64,000 bases of DNA from Tubiluchus corallicola. Taxonomy: Eukaryota > Animalia > Priapulida. Location of the stretch: contig JAQGDQ010000137.1 of NCBI GenBank assembly GCA_030141605.1, forward strand, positions 62,001 to 126,000, read 5' to 3'. Position numbers and translations under genes: made by a program. Shown piece after piece: positions 1 to 64,000 of this stretch. Below the pieces are notes generated by a model that did no database searches, was not told where the DNA came from, and saw only the letters and a list, made by a program, of their open reading frames with translations. Numbering within the stretch: the stretch's first letter is position 1; each line of letters begins with the position of its first letter.

Positions 1-605
1 TAGATGTATAATTTTTGAAAATGGTTGAAGTACCAGCGGTTCTGTTAGGTAAATCCTAGAAAGCATGGAACACAGGCTAAAGTCTAAAGTCAGACGATGT
101 CAAGTAGCTGGCCAATCTTAAGTAGAATTCTCTCCTGTGCCCAGAATTCTCTCCTCGGAATTTTTCCAAATATGGCAAAAGTAATTACAGTTTGTCGCAG
201 TTTCTCAGCTTTTTTTAAAATGCAGCAAAAATCCAGTTATCAGGCATTATACAGTGTGTTTACTAAAGAAAAAAGTTTGACAAGCAGTATTCACTGAACT
301 TTGTGCAAAACAATGTTACAATCTTTCAACTCAAGAGGCTTGTTACTAAATAGGTATTAAAATGTACTTATTACATGTTATATTAATATGTTAAATTAAG
401 TGCTTTGCAACATTGAAACTTATTAGAATAAAAGGGTCAGGCTCTTAAACTTTATTAAAACTGAGGTTAGTAAACATTTACATTGCCGATTTTTTTTTTA
501 AATCATAGCTCGCATTATGCTTCTGTGACTAAATGCTAGTATACCTATTACTTTCACGTATCTTATTATTTTGTAAATTGATTAATCACTATTCATTTAA
601 CTTAC

Positions 606-63766
<63,161 letters not shown>

Positions 63767-64000
63767 CTAACATATAAATGTAAGAAATCATTGACACATA
63801 ATGTGACGAGGTTAATATCACATCGTTAGGCATGTGCTGTCCAATAGCTCATGTTGAGAGGCAAGTTTTCAAAATAGCTAACTGCCAAAGAAGCAGTACG
63901 ATATAAGCCACAATTTAACAATAAAAAAATGAAAACTTAAACATCATCTATACCAACAAAAACACAAGGCTGTGTCAAAACACAAACTGTGCAAGTAAAC

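Overview
AT-rich animal (probably invertebrate) nuclear DNA. The whole window lies inside one minus-strand, intron-rich gene for an outer-arm axonemal dynein heavy chain of the DNAH5/DNAH8 (gamma-type) group. I traced 72 exons by hand (63766 down to 606). All have GT..AG boundaries and consistent phases, giving about 11.4 kb of uninterrupted CDS (~3,810 codons): tail (DHC_N1), linker (DHC_N2), AAA1-AAA4, stalk/MTBD, AAA5 and the approach to AAA6. The start and stop codons lie outside the window. The introns (~90-1,800 bp) hold many short non-autonomous elements: Tigger/pogo-, Harbinger-, hAT- and piggyBac-like MITEs, Helitron-like ends, tRNA-derived SINE heads and a CR1/L2-like LINE 3' end. 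They also hold microsatellites, a 28-bp minisatellite and recent tandem duplications. I found no convincing novel gene system. The most interesting leads are splicing-related and speculative: a regenerated (recursive) 5' splice site with a frame-compatible cryptic exon in the same intron, a minisatellite made of donor-like motifs, and inverted MITE copies bracketing exon blocks. Family names come from recalled motifs, not database searches.
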